Of a DNA stretch of 64,000 nucleotides, positions 10,293 through 20,523 are shown one piece after another (position 1 is the stretch's first letter; the number at the start of each line of letters is the position of its first letter). Position numbers and translations under genes: made by a program. A model generated the notes under the pieces. The model was not told where the DNA came from. It saw only the letters and a program-made list of their open reading frames with translations, and searched no databases. This stretch comes from Patescibacteria group bacterium (GTDB lineage Bacteria > Patescibacteriota > UBA1384 > UBA12157 > JAENIV01), in the NCBI GenBank assembly GCA_041666185.1, contig JBAYHL010000001.1:2421-66420 (forward strand), given 5' to 3'.

Positions 10293-11879
10293 TTAGAGAC
10301 CAGGTATACCAAGACTACCACCACCAGGGCCGCTACGATTACTAGACGACGATTTACTCGATGACGAACTGGAACTTTTTGCCGTATCTGTTGTAACCGT
10401 TTGGGTAATTACGGTATCGCCTTCGCTTAAACCGCTGGTAACTTCTATATCTGTATCGTTAGAAATACCAACTTCAACTGATTGCTCTGTTACTAAGCTA
10501 TCTTTCATGATTTGAACATAATGCGTATTCCCGGAAGTTTTTACCGCTGAAGCAGAAATATACAAAACATTTTGTTTTACTTCTGTAACAATTTCCGCGC
10601 TAACATTCATTTGAGGTTTTACCTTTAAGTTAAGCTCATCAATACCAATTGTTACGTTATAAGTAATAACATTTTGACTATTTGTACCAGTTTGATTAAT
10701 TTTTTCCACTTTCCCGGTTAAAGTCAAATCAGTAATTGCATCAAAAGTTAGAGTTGTTTTTTGACCTTTTTGGACTTTTGAAATATCGGCTTCATTAATA
10801 GCAACTGAAGCTTTTAAAGTGCTTAAATCGTCAATTACCATCGATGCGCTAGAAGACGATGAACTACTGCTTGCACTTGTTGAGGAAGATGTTGATGTTG
10901 ACGTTGACGAAGTACTGCTGCTTGAAGAACCTCCTACAGTATCACCGTTTTTAATATTTAAAGTAGTTACCATACCAGAAATTGATGCTCTAACTGTACG
11001 TTTAGAGGCTTGCGTTTTTTCATTATTATAACTAGCAAGAGCAGCATCAACATTTAATTGTGCCGTATCGATAGCTGCCTGACTACTTACAAGTTGCTGC
11101 TGAGCAATTTCTTGATTTATTCCAGAGTTAGCCAGTGCCTGATTATAGGATGCTTGTGTATCAATATAATTTTGTCGAGCAGCTTTAAGGGCTATGCTAG
11201 CAATTTCCGCTTTTTCGTCAGCAATAGTAATTTCAGTAGTCGTAACACTTCCTGGGGTAGTATCGTCTTTTTCAATCAATTTATTATAATCGCTATTTGC
11301 TTGCAGTAACGATGTGTAAGCACTTTCCAATGATTGCTCTGCTTGCAAAAGCGATGACGCCGCTTTAGTAACTTCAGTATTTTGATTAGTTTGAGATAAA
11401 TTTAATTGATTTTGAAGATACTGAGTTTGAGCGTTTTGTAATGACTGAACTGCTTGCGTATAACTTGCATAAGACTTGGTTAAGCTAATATCTGTTTCAG
11501 GACTTTCAATGTAAAAAAGAAATTGACCTTTTTCGACTTGATCGCCAACAGAAACTTTTAAATTAGATACTGTTCCAGAAACTGTCGGCTTAATACTCTC
11601 TTCTTGGTCAACTGTCATATTGCCACTTCCAGAAACTGAGCTAGTAATCATGCCTTTTTGAACTGTTTCTGTTTGGTATTGTGTCTTAGAACTAGAATTT
11701 TTTTTGTAATAATAGTATCCCCCACTAGTAATTAGGATAATAATAATGCCAATAATAAAATATTTTCTACGTCCAGAGAAAATAATTTTTAATTTTGGGC
11801 AGAAACTTTTAATCGAAGTAAAAACTTTTTTAAACATAAAAACCGTTCTTTCTAAAACAGTGTTGTTTTTTAACAACAA
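10293..11879 (-). CDS. HlyD/MacA-type periplasmic adaptor subunit
   Basis: TM, lipoyl-like halves (VSVGDQVEKG; IKNGDTV), long coiled coil, Ser-rich inserts. Confidence 0.9.
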   Translation of the reverse strand: MLLKNNTVLERTVFMFKKVFTSIKSFCPKLKIIFSGRRKYFIIGIIIILITSGGYYYYKKNSSSKTQYQTETVQKGMITSSVSGSGNMTVDQEESIKPTVSGTVSNLKVSVGDQVEKGQFLFYIESPETDISLTKSYASYTQAVQSLQNAQTQYLQNQLNLSQTNQNTEVTKAASSLLQAEQSLESAYTSLLQANSDYNKLIEKDDTTPGSVTTTEITIADEKAEIASIALKAARQNYIDTQASYNQALANSGINQEIAQQQLVSSQAAIDTAQLNVDAALASYNNEKTQASKRTVRASISGMVTTLNIKNGDTVGGSSSSSTSSTSTSTSSSTSASSSSSSSSASMVIDDLSTLKASVAINEADISKVQKGQKTTLTFDAITDLTLTGKVEKINQTGTNSQNVITYNVTIGIDELNLKVKPQMNVSAEIVTEVKQNVLYISASAVKTSGNTHYVQIMKDSLVTEQSVEVGISNDTDIEVTSGLSEGDTVITQTVTTDTAKSSSSSSSKSSSSNRSGPGGGSLGIPGL

Positions 11880-11939
11880 TTTCTTAACTTTAGTCCCTGC
11901 CTTTTTGCTTCCCCTTCTTTCTCAAATTAAAAGATTAAC

Positions 11940-11958
11940 CTGAGAATCTGCTTAAAAG
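11940..11958 (-). promoter_or_regulatory. candidate OmpR-family tandem binding site
   Basis: CTTTTAAG-n3-ATTCTCAG upstream of the efflux operon. Confidence 0.55.
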
Positions 11959-11984
11959 AGAAGATCCTTACAAATTAAAATAGT

Positions 11985-12644
11985 TTATTGATATTTTTTA
12001 ATTGGCTTATAAGATTTTCTGTGATGAGCGCTTGGACCTAATTTTTCCAAAACTCTTTGATGCAACTTTGTTCCATAACCTTTATGGAGCCGGAAACAAT
12101 ATCCTTTTATTTCTTCGTCTAACCGTATCATTAAATCGTCCCTATAAACTTTAGCAATAATCGAAGCCGCCGCAATTGAAACGCAAGTCATGTCGCCTTT
12201 TATCAAATAACGACAGCCCATTCGACTCGTCCCCACTCGCTCAGGGTAAAGTAGGGGAATAGTACCATCAATTAAAACAAAATCAACATCAATTTTTAAA
12301 GCCTCAATTGCCCGCCGAAACGCTAATTGGGTTGCTTTTGTTAATTTTAATTCATCAACTTCTTGGACAGTCACTTCTCCAACCCCCCAAATACAAGTTT
12401 TCTTTATTTTTTTCGCCAGTTTTTCTCTATCACCCGCTTTTAATAATTTGGAGTCGCGTAAACCATAATATCTTTTATCTAAAACGACGGCCGCTGCCAC
12501 GAGTGGCCCTGCCCAGGCACCCCGTCCCACTTCATCAAGCCCACAAATAATTTCAAATCCTTCTTCTTTAAGGGCCGATTCGTGATCATTTTTAGGAATT
12601 CTAAGTCTCTTAGTTAGCTTTAATTTTGGACCTGGCTTTTTCAT
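11985..12644 (-). CDS. rnhB: ribonuclease HII
   Basis: GLDEVGRGAWAGP, DSK, IDG, KGD, AASIIAKV and HKGYGT motifs. Confidence 0.97.
   Translation of the reverse strand: MKKPGPKLKLTKRLRIPKNDHESALKEEGFEIICGLDEVGRGAWAGPLVAAAVVLDKRYYGLRDSKLLKAGDREKLAKKIKKTCIWGVGEVTVQEVDELKLTKATQLAFRRAIEALKIDVDFVLIDGTIPLLYPERVGTSRMGCRYLIKGDMTCVSIAAASIIAKVYRDDLMIRLDEEIKGYCFRLHKGYGTKLHQRVLEKLGPSAHHRKSYKPIKKYQ
12217..12246. repeat. REP-like palindromic element in frame inside rnhB
   Basis: CCCTGAGCGA-GTGGGGAC-GAGTCGAATGGG on the minus strand, encoding PERVGTSRMG. Confidence 0.65.
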
Positions 12645-12658
12645 ATTTTTATTGTAAC

Positions 12659-12694
12659 AAAAAAAGGACGTTTAGTTTCAAACCAAACGTCCTT
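12659..12694 (-). terminator. intrinsic terminator of the helicase gene
   Basis: AAGGACGTTT...AAACGTCCTT hairpin with T tract on the minus strand. Confidence 0.8.
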
Positions 12695-12708
12695 CAAGTT
12701 AGTTCAGG

Positions 12709-15441
12709 CTAGTCTTTTTTGCTTTTGACAACCTGAAGATCTTTAAACAGCGAGGTTAAATCCTTGACCTCCCGTCTAATCGATTTAAGACCGGTAATTG
12801 GCCGATCAATATAGATTCGCGCAAGTATTTGACCCTCCTCTGTTTGGAGGCTAATCAAATCAATCTCGCGATGACCGTTAGATAGACCAAGTTGCTCGTC
12901 TGACATACTTGCCACACAAGCGCAAGTGTTAGTTTGTCCTATCCCTACGGAATAGCAAATCGGGCACTTGCCAAGATCATCGTCAACCAACGCTTCAAAG
13001 TATTCTTGACAGAATGCCAGTTTTTCTTGGTATTCACGACTAGAACGAATATGTTCTTCGCAAAAATGCTGAAGATCAGCTATTCGATTAGGCGCTTCTT
13101 CCAAGAAACGATCATTGACATACTCACTCTTTAATCCTGATACAATCGTTGCTGCCATAACCTTCAGATCCCAAGCATCTTCCGGAACTTCTGGCAGAGT
13201 TGTTAGAAGCGTTTGTGCTACTTGATATCGTTTTTCTTGCACCTGACGAAACTTCGCTTCTTCTTCTCGTCGCCTCTCGAGATATTTAGCCTGTTCTTTA
13301 TCAAGTCGTTCTCGTATTTCCTCCTGTTCCAGCAAAGTTAATCGTCTTCTCTCCATCAAACCTTTGATCTCTTCCGAGGTAAAGCTTCGATACCGATTGA
13401 CGCCAGGAGAGCTAAAAAGATCACATTCTTCTGGTGACATTTCTCTCTCTTCGGAAGATCCTTGTTCAAGGATTCTACCTTCAAAAGTAACCTCCTCGTG
13501 AATACGAAGATTATTACTAAACAGTGAAGGTGAATACTTAGTAACCGTCTCCACTTTTTCTGGGAAGAACTCTTGTAGTTCATCCGGATTTACTGCCATA
13601 CAAGAATGGGCATAAAGTTTAGTTGTTGTCTGCGCTTTGAAATACCAAAGTAATCGCGGCGAAGAAAAACCACTAAACGTCACCGAAGAGGGATGGATGT
13701 AAATATCTTCTAATTTTCCCATCAACGACTGATAATCATGACTCATACCTTGTATACAGATCTGATCAGGTCGCGCTTTGAGCAAAGCTCTTTTAAGCTT
13801 GCTAAAGCCATCTTTAGTCGAGTCGATTGGTAAACCCTGTTCAGAAGCAATCTGCAAAAGTTGTCCTCTGACATCCCTTGCTTCTTGCATCCTTTTAGGG
13901 TTCAACCCTTGGTCCTTAGCCCAATCCCAAGAAAAATTCGCTTCATGATATTCTTGCCAGAGCTTGAGATAAACTTCCGGATCAGATTTACAATCCCCAG
14001 TTACACTCAAATACTTCGGAATACCATCTTTTGATTTTTTTGGTATTGGTCGGGACTCTATCATTGCTAGGAATGTCGCCATTTCAACAACAGCGTCTTC
14101 CTTAGCTGCTTGAACCAGTAAGTGAGCCAATTCCGGTATTAACGGAAAATCAGCAATTTGTTGACCGTAGTCAGTTAAAGCCATCAACGAATCTAGGGCT
14201 CCAATACTAACCAGGGCTTTCTTTGCCGACTCGACCTGTTTAGAATCAGGTTTGTTTAGCAAAGGAAAGTTTTCAAAATCAGAGATGCCAACCGATGCCA
14301 TAACCATTAAGGCTTGGCTTAAATTGGCTCGCTGAATAGCCGGGACATCGTAATCAGAGTGTTTATTATAGTCCTGCTTTGTAAAGCAATGGTAACAAAC
14401 ACCTGGTTGGACTCGCCCCGCTCGTCCAGCCCTTTGCATATCAGAGGCTTTACTAGTATCAATTAATTTAATATTAACAATACCAGTTACTGCATCGCAA
14501 AAGTCTTTCTTGACTTGACCGCTGTTAATTACCACCGTGACATCAGGAATTGTTAACGAAGTTTCAGCCACATTGGTAGCAAAAAACACTCTTTGGTGAC
14601 TACTGGGATTGAGCATGTCTTCCAATTCTTCCAAAGGCATCTCACCGTAAGCCAACAAAGTTTGCACCGACGAATTAAGACGATCGAAGTGTTTTTTGGC
14701 TCTTTCGAGATCATCGATCCCTGCAAGAAAAACCAAAATATCACCTCTTTCGCCATCATCAATCAAACTCGCCGCTTTATTGGCAACAAACTCAGCCATT
14801 CCACAACGTTCCGCACCCCACCTTCCGTCGGAAAAACTGTTGTAAGGCGAGACTTCCTCAAAGATATGCTCGACCGGAAAAGTTCGACCATCGCATTCAA
14901 TAACTGTGGCGGCATCAGTACCAAAGAAAGCCACTAAATCATCTGTGCGAATAGTCGCTGAACTAATTACCAATCTAAAATCAGGTCGTTTTGTCAAGGT
15001 AAGTTTTGCCAACCCTAGCAACATATCAATGTCGAGACTCCGCTCATGAAACTCGTCGAGCATCAAAACAGAGTACTTCTGGAAGTCAGGAGAGTTTTTG
15101 GCTTCCTGAAGAAAAATTCCTTCAGTTGCCAACTTAATCTTGGTTGAAAAACTCACCTGATCATCAAACCTGACCTGAAAACCCACCTCCTGACCAGTTT
15201 TTACACCTCTTTCAAAGGCAATTCTTCTGGCGCTAGAAGCGGCGGCCACCCTTCGAGGTTGAGATACACCGATCATACCTGATTCGGCGTATCCAGCTTC
15301 AAACAAGATCTGTGAAAGTTGGGTTGTCTTACCTGATCCTGTTTCAGCCGAAACGATTACTACCTGATACCTTTTTAGGGCATCTAGGAATGCCTGCTCG
15401 ACACTCCAAATTGGAAGCATCCTGTTACCTGGAAGATTCAT
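12709..15441 (-). CDS. DEAH/RHA-family (HrpA-like) RNA helicase with novel C-terminal extension
   Basis: AETGSGKTTQ, QPRRVAA, DEFHER, SAT, ATNVAETSLTI and QRAGRAGR motifs; HA2/OB-like region. Confidence 0.92.
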   Translation of the reverse strand: MNLPGNRMLPIWSVEQAFLDALKRYQVVIVSAETGSGKTTQLSQILFEAGYAESGMIGVSQPRRVAAASSARRIAFERGVKTGQEVGFQVRFDDQVSFSTKIKLATEGIFLQEAKNSPDFQKYSVLMLDEFHERSLDIDMLLGLAKLTLTKRPDFRLVISSATIRTDDLVAFFGTDAATVIECDGRTFPVEHIFEEVSPYNSFSDGRWGAERCGMAEFVANKAASLIDDGERGDILVFLAGIDDLERAKKHFDRLNSSVQTLLAYGEMPLEELEDMLNPSSHQRVFFATNVAETSLTIPDVTVVINSGQVKKDFCDAVTGIVNIKLIDTSKASDMQRAGRAGRVQPGVCYHCFTKQDYNKHSDYDVPAIQRANLSQALMVMASVGISDFENFPLLNKPDSKQVESAKKALVSIGALDSLMALTDYGQQIADFPLIPELAHLLVQAAKEDAVVEMATFLAMIESRPIPKKSKDGIPKYLSVTGDCKSDPEVYLKLWQEYHEANFSWDWAKDQGLNPKRMQEARDVRGQLLQIASEQGLPIDSTKDGFSKLKRALLKARPDQICIQGMSHDYQSLMGKLEDIYIHPSSVTFSGFSSPRLLWYFKAQTTTKLYAHSCMAVNPDELQEFFPEKVETVTKYSPSLFSNNLRIHEEVTFEGRILEQGSSEEREMSPEECDLFSSPGVNRYRSFTSEEIKGLMERRRLTLLEQEEIRERLDKEQAKYLERRREEEAKFRQVQEKRYQVAQTLLTTLPEVPEDAWDLKVMAATIVSGLKSEYVNDRFLEEAPNRIADLQHFCEEHIRSSREYQEKLAFCQEYFEALVDDDLGKCPICYSVGIGQTNTCACVASMSDEQLGLSNGHREIDLISLQTEEGQILARIYIDRPITGLKSIRREVKDLTSLFKDLQVVKSKKD

Positions 15442-15533
15442 GAGTCTTCCTCCTTTGTAAGATTGAGCAGGTCTTTCGACCCGCTCTTATGGCGGGTCGC
15501 TATTTAATTTTCAAGATACAAAAACAATTTTTT

Positions 15534-15598
15534 ATTATAGCACTTTTTATACCTAATGTCAAGGTAAGATTGACAAAAATAACTTTTAAATTTATTAT
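15534..15598. promoter_or_regulatory. back-to-back sigma70 promoters
   Basis: Minus strand TTGACA-17-TATAAT (15562-15534); plus strand TTGACA-17-TATTAT (15570-15598). Confidence 0.75.
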
Positions 15599-15629
15599 AA
15601 AAAGTCACGCTTGAAATCAAAGCAAAGGA

Positions 15630-15944
15630 GTGAAAACAGTTATGGCAAAAATAGAAGGAATTAGAACTGTTTTGCTTAGTAGTCTTGGCATTTGTGAACA
15701 CTGTCAAGAATTAATAACTATTTCCGATCTGCCAGCTGACGCCATGGACACTGATTGGCGCTGCCCAAAATGCAAAGGTATTTTAAACGGAGAATCCTTT
15801 GGTTATGAAGGTAAATCAAAACGGACCAAATGGGTCGGAAAAGATGGTAAATGGACCACTGACCAACCAGCTGAAAGTTTCTATCTTAAAAATTGGGAAG
15901 TAATTCCCAATATGCCCCCGCCACCATTTTTCTCCCGTTTATGA
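15630..15944 (+). CDS. small zinc-ribbon protein
   Basis: CEHC...CPKC; own promoter, SD and terminator (15963-15996). Confidence 0.75.
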   Translation: MKTVMAKIEGIRTVLLSSLGICEHCQELITISDLPADAMDTDWRCPKCKGILNGESFGYEGKSKRTKWVGKDGKWTTDQPAESFYLKNWEVIPNMPPPPFFSRL

Positions 15945-16050
15945 CCCCCTTTTTCCCATTTCAACGGATGTTTAAACTAAAACATCCGTTTTTTTTAAAA
16001 TAAAAAAACGGCAAGTGGTATTAGCACTTGCCCTAAAAAGAACAAAAAAA

Positions 16051-16233
16051 TTAGTTTTCCCTATGTCTACCCAATTTCCGCCTTGGTTGCCTCGTAAGCC
16101 GTTCGGCCGCTTCTCGTAAAATTCCTCTTTCTCTAGTGTTAAGACGAATACGGTTTCTGGCCATTACTCGCAAAACATATCCTAAATCGTTATTAGACGT
16201 CTCTAATAACGGCCGACAGTATCTTGCCCTCAT
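16051..16233 (-). CDS. small basic hypothetical protein downstream of uvrA
   Basis: GGAGGTG SD before the ATG; terminator at 16002-16032. Confidence 0.55.
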   Translation of the reverse strand: MRARYCRPLLETSNNDLGYVLRVMARNRIRLNTRERGILREAAERLTRQPRRKLGRHREN

Positions 16234-16261
16234 TACTAAGTTCACCTCCCCTTACAGAACT

Positions 16262-19063
16262 TTATAAAATCTCTTTGAGATACTTACCAGTGTAGGACTT
16301 GGCAACTTTCGCCACTTGCTCCGGTGTACCTTCAGCAACGATTTCACCACCACCTTCTCCACCTTCTGGACCTAAATCAATCACCCAGTCGGCTGATTTA
16401 ATAACATCAGTGTTGTGTTCAATAACAACAACTGTATTGCCTTTATCTACTAATGCCTGCAAAACAGACAAAAGTCTTTTAATATCTTCGAAGTGAAGAC
16501 CAGTTGTTGGCTCATCTAGAATATACAAAGTTCGACCAGTATCATGTCTGGCAAGTTCGGCCGCCAATTTGATACGTTGAGCCTCACCTCCGGATAAAGT
16601 ATTTGCTGGCTGACCCAAATGCATATAACCCAAACCAACTGATTCTAAAACCTTTAACTTATCGCAAATATCCGGAAAATCTTTAAAGAATTCCAAAGCA
16701 TCTTCAACCGTCATGGCCAAAACATCGGCGATTGTTTTACCACGATATGTAACTTCTAAAATTTCTGGGCTGTAACGTTTACCTTTACAATCTGGACAGG
16801 TCACATAAACATCTGGCAAAAAGTGCATTTCGATTTTTAGTACACCATCTCCTCGACAAGTCTCGCAACGACCACCACGAAGATTAAAAGAAAACTTTGA
16901 AGCGTCTAATTTCTTAGAAAGTGCTTCTGGTGTTGTCGCAAAAATATCTCGAATATGAGTGAATAAATTAGTATAAGTTGTTAAGTTAGATCGAGGTGTA
17001 CGGCCAATCGGTGATTGATCAACTGAAATAACTTTATCTAAAAACTTAGTTCCAGAAATTGCCTTGTGCTTGCCAATCTCTGCCTTAGCTCGATGAAATT
17101 TAACCGACAAAAAGTTAGCTAAAATATCTAAAATTAAAGTTGACTTACCACTACCCGAAACACCCGTAACACAAACAAAGTTGTTTAAAGGAATGCGAGC
17201 ATCAATATTTTTTAAGTTAAATTCTGAAGCACCCCTGACAATCAACTCTTCTTTTGTTTGTGGTCGTCTTTTTTTAGGAATTTCTATTTTCTTAGCCCCA
17301 GAAAGATACTGACCAGTTAGCGATTCGGGATTTTTCATTATTTGAGCTAACGTTCCTTCAGCGACAACTTTACCGCCATGATCACCTGCTCCTGGACCAA
17401 TATCAATCACCCAATCAGCTTTTTCGATTGTCAAAGGATCGTGTTCGACAACAATGACTGAATTACCAGCCTTTTTCAAAACATCAAATGTTTTCAAAAG
17501 TTTTTCCTGATCACGAGGATGAAGACCAATTGACGGTTCGTCTAAAACGTAAATCACCCCCATTAAACCTGTTCCTAACTGAGTTGCAAGTCTTATACGT
17601 TGAGCCTCACCTCCAGCAAGAGTTGAAGCGCTTCTGTCTAATGTTAAATAGCCTAAACCAACATCGAGTAAAAATTTCAAACGCTCGGAGATGCTAGCAA
17701 CAATTTTCGAAGCAATAAACTTCTCATTTTCGCTCAAATCACTTTGCATTAAATTCTTGTTAAAATATTCATGCAATTTTTCAATACTCATTGAAGCGAT
17801 ATCGATAATGTTTTTATCACCAATAGTAACATTTAAAACTTCTGAACGTAAACGCTTACCTTTACAATCAGGACAGATTTTTTCAACCATGTATTTCTCA
17901 ATTTCGTTCTTTAAATAATCCGAATCAGTTTCTTTGTAACGTCGCTGCAAATTAGGGATAACTCCTTCAAACCCGTTGTCGAGATTTTTATCACCATACA
18001 AAACAACTTGGCGAATCTTTTTTGGTAATTCGCCAATGGGGGTGTCTAAAGAGAACTTATGGCGACGGGCAATCTCTGAAAGAACTTTATTGTACCAATT
18101 AATGTGTGATGTAATTCGAGACCAAGGCCTAATCGCTCCTTCAGCTAAAGTCAATCTGGGATTTGGTAAAACTAATTCTGGATCAATTTCATAACGACGA
18201 CCTAAGCCCTGACAGGTAGGACAAGCACCTTGCGGAGAGTTAAATGAAAATATTTTAGGATGAAGTTCGTCAAGAGTTGTCTGGCATTTCGGACAGGTAA
18301 AATCTTTGGAATATTTTTTCTCTTTGTTCGAGTCGGCATCTTTAATAATCAAATTGCCATTGCCAAGTTTTAAAACCTTTTCAGCAATTTTAATAAGAAC
18401 CAGTAAAGGTAAAATATTTAAATCTTGACTAGTTTCTTCAACTAAAGCTTCAATAGTGTGAGGCTTTGATTTGTCTAAATTTAAGAGTTGGGCTTCAACA
18501 ATATCAACCAAAACACCATCAATTCGCACTTTAGTAATTTTTTGGTTTTTAAGCTGGCCGATTAGATATTTGTGTTCTCCTTTTTGATGTTTAACTTGAG
18601 GAGCAAAAAACATAAGATGTTTTAAGCCTTTGAATTCTTTTAAAATTTCCTGAACCATTTCTTCAGGCGACATTCGTTCAAACATTTTTCCACAAGTTGG
18701 ACAATGCGGATGACCAATTCTGGCAAATAGAACTCTTAAATAATCGTAAATTTCTGTGACCGTACCAACTGTTGAGCGAGGATTTTGAGAAGCGCTTCTT
18801 TGATCAATAGAAATTGCTGGGGAAAGATTTTCAATCCAATCAAAATCTGGCTTTTCTAGATTGCCAAAAAACTGTCTTGCATAAGTCGAAAGAGATTCGA
18901 CATAACGACGTTGTCCTTCAGCATAGATCGTATCAAAAGCCAAAGTTGATTTTCCGCTCCCGGAAAGACCGGTAATAACAACAATTTCATCCCGTGGGAT
19001 TTCTAAATTAATATTTTTTAAATTGTGCTCACGAGCACCATGAATAATGATTTTATCTCTCAT
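16262..19063 (-). CDS. uvrA: excinuclease ABC subunit A
   Basis: [10 protein letters not shown], two Walker A motifs ([16 protein letters not shown]), zinc fingers, LSGGEAQR. Confidence 0.99.
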   Translation of the reverse strand: MRDKIIIHGAREHNLKNINLEIPRDEIVVITGLSGSGKSTLAFDTIYAEGQRRYVESLSTYARQFFGNLEKPDFDWIENLSPAISIDQRSASQNPRSTVGTVTEIYDYLRVLFARIGHPHCPTCGKMFERMSPEEMVQEILKEFKGLKHLMFFAPQVKHQKGEHKYLIGQLKNQKITKVRIDGVLVDIVEAQLLNLDKSKPHTIEALVEETSQDLNILPLLVLIKIAEKVLKLGNGNLIIKDADSNKEKKYSKDFTCPKCQTTLDELHPKIFSFNSPQGACPTCQGLGRRYEIDPELVLPNPRLTLAEGAIRPWSRITSHINWYNKVLSEIARRHKFSLDTPIGELPKKIRQVVLYGDKNLDNGFEGVIPNLQRRYKETDSDYLKNEIEKYMVEKICPDCKGKRLRSEVLNVTIGDKNIIDIASMSIEKLHEYFNKNLMQSDLSENEKFIASKIVASISERLKFLLDVGLGYLTLDRSASTLAGGEAQRIRLATQLGTGLMGVIYVLDEPSIGLHPRDQEKLLKTFDVLKKAGNSVIVVEHDPLTIEKADWVIDIGPGAGDHGGKVVAEGTLAQIMKNPESLTGQYLSGAKKIEIPKKRRPQTKEELIVRGASEFNLKNIDARIPLNNFVCVTGVSGSGKSTLILDILANFLSVKFHRAKAEIGKHKAISGTKFLDKVISVDQSPIGRTPRSNLTTYTNLFTHIRDIFATTPEALSKKLDASKFSFNLRGGRCETCRGDGVLKIEMHFLPDVYVTCPDCKGKRYSPEILEVTYRGKTIADVLAMTVEDALEFFKDFPDICDKLKVLESVGLGYMHLGQPANTLSGGEAQRIKLAAELARHDTGRTLYILDEPTTGLHFEDIKRLLSVLQALVDKGNTVVVIEHNTDVIKSADWVIDLGPEGGEGGGEIVAEGTPEQVAKVAKSYTGKYLKEIL

Positions 19064-19257
19064 ATAGCTCTCATTAAACTTATACTTTTGCTAGTATAGC
19101 AAAAAAAATTATTTTTGACAATACCCCTAAGTTAGAGGAACCACCATTTGACAACCGAGCAAAATTTCCTTAAATTTAAAACTAAGAACAATATTAAAAA
19201 AATAAAAGAAATGCACTTCGCGATTTTGCTGGTAGTCATAAAAACAAGAGCGGCTTG

Positions 19258-19283
19258 CCAGCCGTAGCTTTAGCGAAGGCTGG
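19258..19283. repeat. REP-like hairpin overlapping the SD of the bactofilin gene
   Basis: CCAGCC-GTA-GC-TTTA-GC-GAA-GGCTGG, GC-rich in an AT-rich spacer. Confidence 0.6.
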
Positions 19284-19291
19284 AGGTTTAT

Positions 19292-19726
19292 ATGTTAGGT
19301 GACAAACGCCCTACCACTTCAGGACAAGGAACAGTTGTTGGTGCCAATGTTAAATTAATCGGTACTCTTCAAGATGCTAACGATATTGTTATTCACGGCC
19401 GAATTGAAGGAGAAGTTATCTCCAATCAAGCCATTAACATTACTGAAACTGCTTATGTTAAAGGACCCGTTTCGGGAGAATTAGTAACAATTGCTGGAAA
19501 AGTTCGAGGATCAATTACGGCTACTGGCAAATTAGAAATTTTGCCAACTGGAAAAGTTTTTGGCTCAATTACCAGCAAAGATCTTTCTATTAAATCTGGA
19601 GCAATTTTTGTTGGCAAATGCACTATGCCAGAAGGCGAAAAAGAAGAAGCTTTAGATATAGAAGAAAACATTGCCGCTAAAGAAACCCACCCAACAGCCG
19701 AAAAAGCAACTTACGAAGTAGAGTAA
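19292..19726 (+). CDS. bactofilin (polymer-forming cytoskeletal protein, CcmA family)
   Basis: TVVGANVKLIG..I.GRIEG..V.G.I..L.I..GAIFVG.C.M beta-helix pattern. Confidence 0.92.
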   Translation: MLGDKRPTTSGQGTVVGANVKLIGTLQDANDIVIHGRIEGEVISNQAINITETAYVKGPVSGELVTIAGKVRGSITATGKLEILPTGKVFGSITSKDLSIKSGAIFVGKCTMPEGEKEEALDIEENIAAKETHPTAEKATYEVE

Positions 19727-19738
19727 AGAATTTGATCA

Positions 19739-20497
19739 ATGTACTACTATATAATAGAGCCTTCAAAAGGAAAATTTATTCGTAACAACCAGGAAAAGAT
19801 TAAGGACATTTTGGGAAATTTAGGAATTGCTGGCGAAACTGTCATGCCAAATTCCGCTCGAACAATCGAGGAGCTTACTCATCTTGGTGTTGTTAAAGGT
19901 TACTCGACAATTGTTGCTGTTGGCTCAGAATCACTAGTTAATAAAGTTATTACCGTTTTAGCAACTGAAGATTTAGCCAAAAATACTGTTCTTGGTGTTA
20001 TTCCTGATGATTTTAATTCACCTCTTACAAAAAGAATTGGCGTCACCGATATTAATTCTGCTTGCCAAGCTTTAAAGTTGCGTAAATTAGAAACTGTCGA
20101 TCTTGGTCTTATTGAGCCAAATAAATATTTTTTAACCGAAGCTGTTATTGAACCAATAAAACATAAGGAAATATTTTTCTCAATGGAAAAAATTAAAGGT
20201 AAATCTTTTGCCAAAAAAGTTATTATTAAGCCTGGTCTCGACATAACTTTATGTGATCCTTCGCTCGAAGGAGGAACTTCTAAAAAATTCTACCAATGGT
20301 TATTTAGTAAAAAAGAAAAGGATATTTATACCAGTAATTTTATAACTCGACGCATTAGATTCGAGTCTGAAAAAGATAATTTACCAATCAAAGTTTCCGA
20401 CGAAATTGTTGCCAAAACACCGGCAACGTTCTCAAATCGCGGTCGGATCTTGAAAATTATTGTCGCACGTGATAGAATGAAACAAGAAAATAAATAA
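19739..20497 (+). CDS. diacylglycerol-kinase catalytic domain-like protein (degenerate)
   Basis: YYYIIEP, IVAVGSESLV (GGDGT-equivalent) and LGVIP. Confidence 0.65.
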   Translation: MYYYIIEPSKGKFIRNNQEKIKDILGNLGIAGETVMPNSARTIEELTHLGVVKGYSTIVAVGSESLVNKVITVLATEDLAKNTVLGVIPDDFNSPLTKRIGVTDINSACQALKLRKLETVDLGLIEPNKYFLTEAVIEPIKHKEIFFSMEKIKGKSFAKKVIIKPGLDITLCDPSLEGGTSKKFYQWLFSKKEKDIYTSNFITRRIRFESEKDNLPIKVSDEIVAKTPATFSNRGRILKIIVARDRMKQENK

Positions 20498-20523
20498 ACA
20501 AGTTTATTTTAAGAGGAAGTAAA

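Noticed and set aside
10840-10935. Low-complexity Ser/Thr-coding tract
   Set aside because: An ordinary flexible insert in the adaptor protein; codons are mixed, so not a slippage locus
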